DNA of 53,929 nucleotides from sequence record SRR20825006_749; one strand, written 5' to 3'. Shown here piece by piece: positions 51,505 to 53,929 of the stretch (positions are counted from its first letter, which is position 1; each line of letters begins with the position of its first letter). A program made the translations under genes and the position numbers. The notes below the pieces were generated by a model. It did no database searches and was not told the origin of the DNA. It was given only the letters and a program-made list of their open reading frames with translations.

Positions 51505-51959
51505 GGCTGTTGTTTCCCTTCGAGGCGACGCTCTATTGAAGCCAGCTTTTCATAAGCCTGAGATTCATTATTGATATTTTCAACCAGGCCGCGATGAATC
51601 GCTACGGAGACGGCTTCCTGGTTATTGAAACGGGCACCGTTCTTGAAGATAAAGTCCACCAGTTCGCGGGCCGGCATATCCAGGTAAAACGCCAGGTTCT
51701 GGGTTTCCTTGGAAAAGAACTTCAGGACATCGGGGTGGGTATGTTTCACCGTCAGAATGGCAAGATTATCAATCAAAACCAGCTCGTAACGGGTTTTCTC
51801 AGACAAACCGTTGTCCTGTACGAAACGCAAGCTGGTCAGGCCAGTCAGCTCGTAAAAGGCATTTTGAACTTTGACTGATGGCGCCTGCCTGTCGGCAACC
51901 AGTACTTTCAGCCATTTCAGACGATGCCTGGCGAGAGTGATAATGCTCTTTTCCAACAA
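51501..51959 (-). CDS. Hypothetical protein
   Basis: TTG start after GGAGG; 152-aa ORF filling the gap; no recognisable domain. Confidence 0.65.
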   Translation of the reverse strand: MLEKSIITLARHRLKWLKVLVADRQAPSVKVQNAFYELTGLTSLRFVQDNGLSEKTRYELVLIDNLAILTVKHTHPDVLKFFSKETQNLAFYLDMPARELVDFIFKNGARFNNQEAVSVAIHRGLVENINNESQAYEKLASIERRLEGKQQP

Positions 51960-52260
51960 AGTTCGCCACCTCCCTCAAGTTAGGTCTTGAGTATTAGAGC
52001 CGAAATCCATTGTAAAGTTTATCGATAGCATTTGGATAGCGGCATTTGACTGCGCCAGAAATTCGTATTGGCAAGTTACTCCGGGCCGACCTAAACAAGC
52101 TAAGCAATTGATCCGGTATCTAATCCAAATCAACCACTCTCTGACTACTTTACATTCCTGTTTAATACGCGGAGACTCTGGCTGAGAAAGACCTGCCGGC
52201 AGAGTTATTCCGAGGTCTGAAAGATGAGTTGTTTTCCTTCAGCGTTATGCAAATCGGATT

Positions 52261-53658
52261 ATGTTGAAATTTCCTTTTATTCTGTTCGCCCTGTTATTTT
52301 CTTCTTTTGCCGCTGCCAATGAAGCTGGTGCCAGTCCTGATTCACATCTAGCCCTGCTGCCTGCAGGCGCTGAAGCGAGTCTGCTGGTGGCCGATGCCAA
52401 AACGGGTAAGACCGTCTACAGTCATGGCACAGACATTTTAAGGCCGCCTGCCAGCGTGCAGAAAGTCATCACTGCGCTGGCTGCAAGATTAGAACTGGGC
52501 AATGCGTATCGATTCAATACCGATATCGAAACCAAAGGTAACGACGTTATCTTTCGTTTCAGCGGGGATCCGTCACTGCGACGTGATGATATTCGCAGAC
52601 TGATCGGTTCGCTGAAACGTGAGACTTCCATCATTCGCGGTAATGTTTATCTTAATGGCGCCGCTTTTGATGATTTCGAACTGGCTGACGGCCTGCCCTG
52701 GGATAATCTGGGTATCTGCTACAGCGCCCCCTCAAGCAGTATTTCGCTGGATGATAACTGCGCTGTGGCCAAAATGGTGTTCGTGGACAATAACCAAACC
52801 CAAATCGATTTCCAGATCTCACGTGATGCACCTATCAGCATCGTTGAAAAACTGGAGCTGACCGACGGCCTGGAAAAACGCTACTGCAAATTCAAACTGA
52901 TGGCTGATAACACCAATCAGTACACCCTGGGTGGTTGTTTAGGCCGGCATAAAATCCCGCGTTTCCTCAGCTTTGCGGTTCAGAATACCGAGCTTTATGT
53001 GGCTGAAATGATCCGGCGCGAATTGAAACATGCCGGAATTGAGTTGCAGGGCGACATTATTCGTAATGATCGGGCATCCGGAAAAATTATTGCGCGTCAT
53101 GAGTCAGAAGCGCTGCCGAAATTACTGGATGAAATGTTGAAGGATTCGGACAACCTGATTGCTGACAATCTGCTCAAGGCCGTCGGCCGCAGCTACTATG
53201 AAGAACCTGGCAGCTTTGATAACGGCGTATCAGCGGTCAAGGCTGTACTACAGGAAAAAGCCGGCATCGATTTGAGCCATGCAGCACTGGCAGATGGTTC
53301 CGGTTTGTCACGTAATAACCGGATGACGGCTTCGCAAATCATGGCCGTATTACAATACGTATACGCTCACCCCGAACTCCAACTGATGGACGCAATGGCT
53401 GAAGCTGGTAAAAGCGGCACCCTGCGCTACCGCTACAGTCTGCGCGGAGATACTTTCAAAGGGCGCGTAAAAGGTAAGACCGGTACCTTATACGGGACTT
53501 ACAATATTGCCGGCATCATGACCGCCGCATCAGGCCGCCCGCTGCTGTTCGTACAAATGGTCACCAACTATCATCACCCTGATTATCACCAACACGAGAA
53601 ACGTGAAATCAGGAACTTTGAAAAAAAATTCTATCAGTCAATCTACTCAATGAAATAA
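52261..53658 (+). CDS. dacB: D-Ala-D-Ala carboxypeptidase/endopeptidase PBP4
   Basis: PASVQK (SxxK), SDN, DGSGLSR and KTG; signal peptide. Confidence 0.93.
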   Translation: MLKFPFILFALLFSSFAAANEAGASPDSHLALLPAGAEASLLVADAKTGKTVYSHGTDILRPPASVQKVITALAARLELGNAYRFNTDIETKGNDVIFRFSGDPSLRRDDIRRLIGSLKRETSIIRGNVYLNGAAFDDFELADGLPWDNLGICYSAPSSSISLDDNCAVAKMVFVDNNQTQIDFQISRDAPISIVEKLELTDGLEKRYCKFKLMADNTNQYTLGGCLGRHKIPRFLSFAVQNTELYVAEMIRRELKHAGIELQGDIIRNDRASGKIIARHESEALPKLLDEMLKDSDNLIADNLLKAVGRSYYEEPGSFDNGVSAVKAVLQEKAGIDLSHAALADGSGLSRNNRMTASQIMAVLQYVYAHPELQLMDAMAEAGKSGTLRYRYSLRGDTFKGRVKGKTGTLYGTYNIAGIMTAASGRPLLFVQMVTNYHHPDYHQHEKREIRNFEKKFYQSIYSMK

Positions 53659-53749
53659 CCCCTTCCTCCGGTGTCAGAGATTCGCAATCCTGCCGCCGGA
53701 GATGTAAAATTCTGCGCTTCAGGCAATTCAGGAATTTTGGAATTTAAAC

Positions 53750-53929
53750 ATGGCGCAATACGTTTACAGCATGAATCGTGTCGGCAAAGTCGTCCCGCCG
53801 AAACGCGAAATTCTTAAAGATATTTCTCTCTCATTCTTTCCCGGTGCCAAGATTGGTGTACTGGGTCTCAACGGTGCCGGTAAATCCACATTACTGAAAA
53901 TTATGGCCGGTATCGACCAGGATTACATT
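53750..53929 (+). CDS. ettA: Energy-dependent translational throttle protein EttA (5' part, truncated by the window)
   Basis: Translates as [56 protein letters not shown]. Confidence 0.92.
   Translation, partial: MAQYVYSMNRVGKVVPPKREILKDISLSFFPGAKIGVLGLNGAGKSTLLKIMAGIDQDYI

Noticed and set aside
51501-51525. TAGGGCTGTTG...TTCGAGG resembling the repeat end at 81-100
   Set aside because: It lies inside a plausible coding 3' end and has no palindromic core or partner end; probably chance.
52069-52105. GGCAA...CCTAAAC resembling a c-di-GMP-I riboswitch
   Set aside because: Lacks the GNRA-capped P2 stem, the GCAAA junction and the P3 pairing.

Overview
This is a 53.9 kb gene-dense chromosomal segment from a gammaproteobacterium, probably marine; a Methylophaga-like origin is an impression only. 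There are no rRNA, tRNA, CRISPR, transposase or phage genes. Contents in order: a sigma-54 activator with no sensory domain; the yhiI-rbbA-yhhJ ABC exporter; a LysR regulator with an orphan ccoN-ccoQ pair; a His-rich leader ORF plus czcCBA and DUF3147; pqiABC; MlaC with an MMPL/RND transporter; an omega-class GST; AraC with an iorAB-xdhC-mocA molybdoenzyme cluster; an orphan histidine kinase; stress genes (DUF488, PfpI, CBS); an OhrR-like regulator facing HTHP-nnrS; a fused secDF paralogue; copAB with cusRS; MFS; HPP; a binding protein with a PAS-GGDEF-EAL-CZB protein; dacB; and the 5' end of ettA. The most notable observation is two independent loci with the same design. In each, a small secreted leader ORF ends in a proline-rich motif, and its stop codon lies in the 5' arm of a predicted RNA stem that sequesters the ribosome-binding site of the next gene. 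One leader ends in RAPP upstream of secDF, like the ApdP/VemP secretion monitors. The other is His-rich, ends in PPIPPP and precedes czcCBA, making it a candidate metal-responsive arrest peptide. A second theme is microoxic and nitrosative regulation: two well-positioned FNR boxes, an NsrR-like box before HPP, the orphan ccoNQ, and nnrS. All family calls come from motif recognition by eye; no database searches or folding programs were run.
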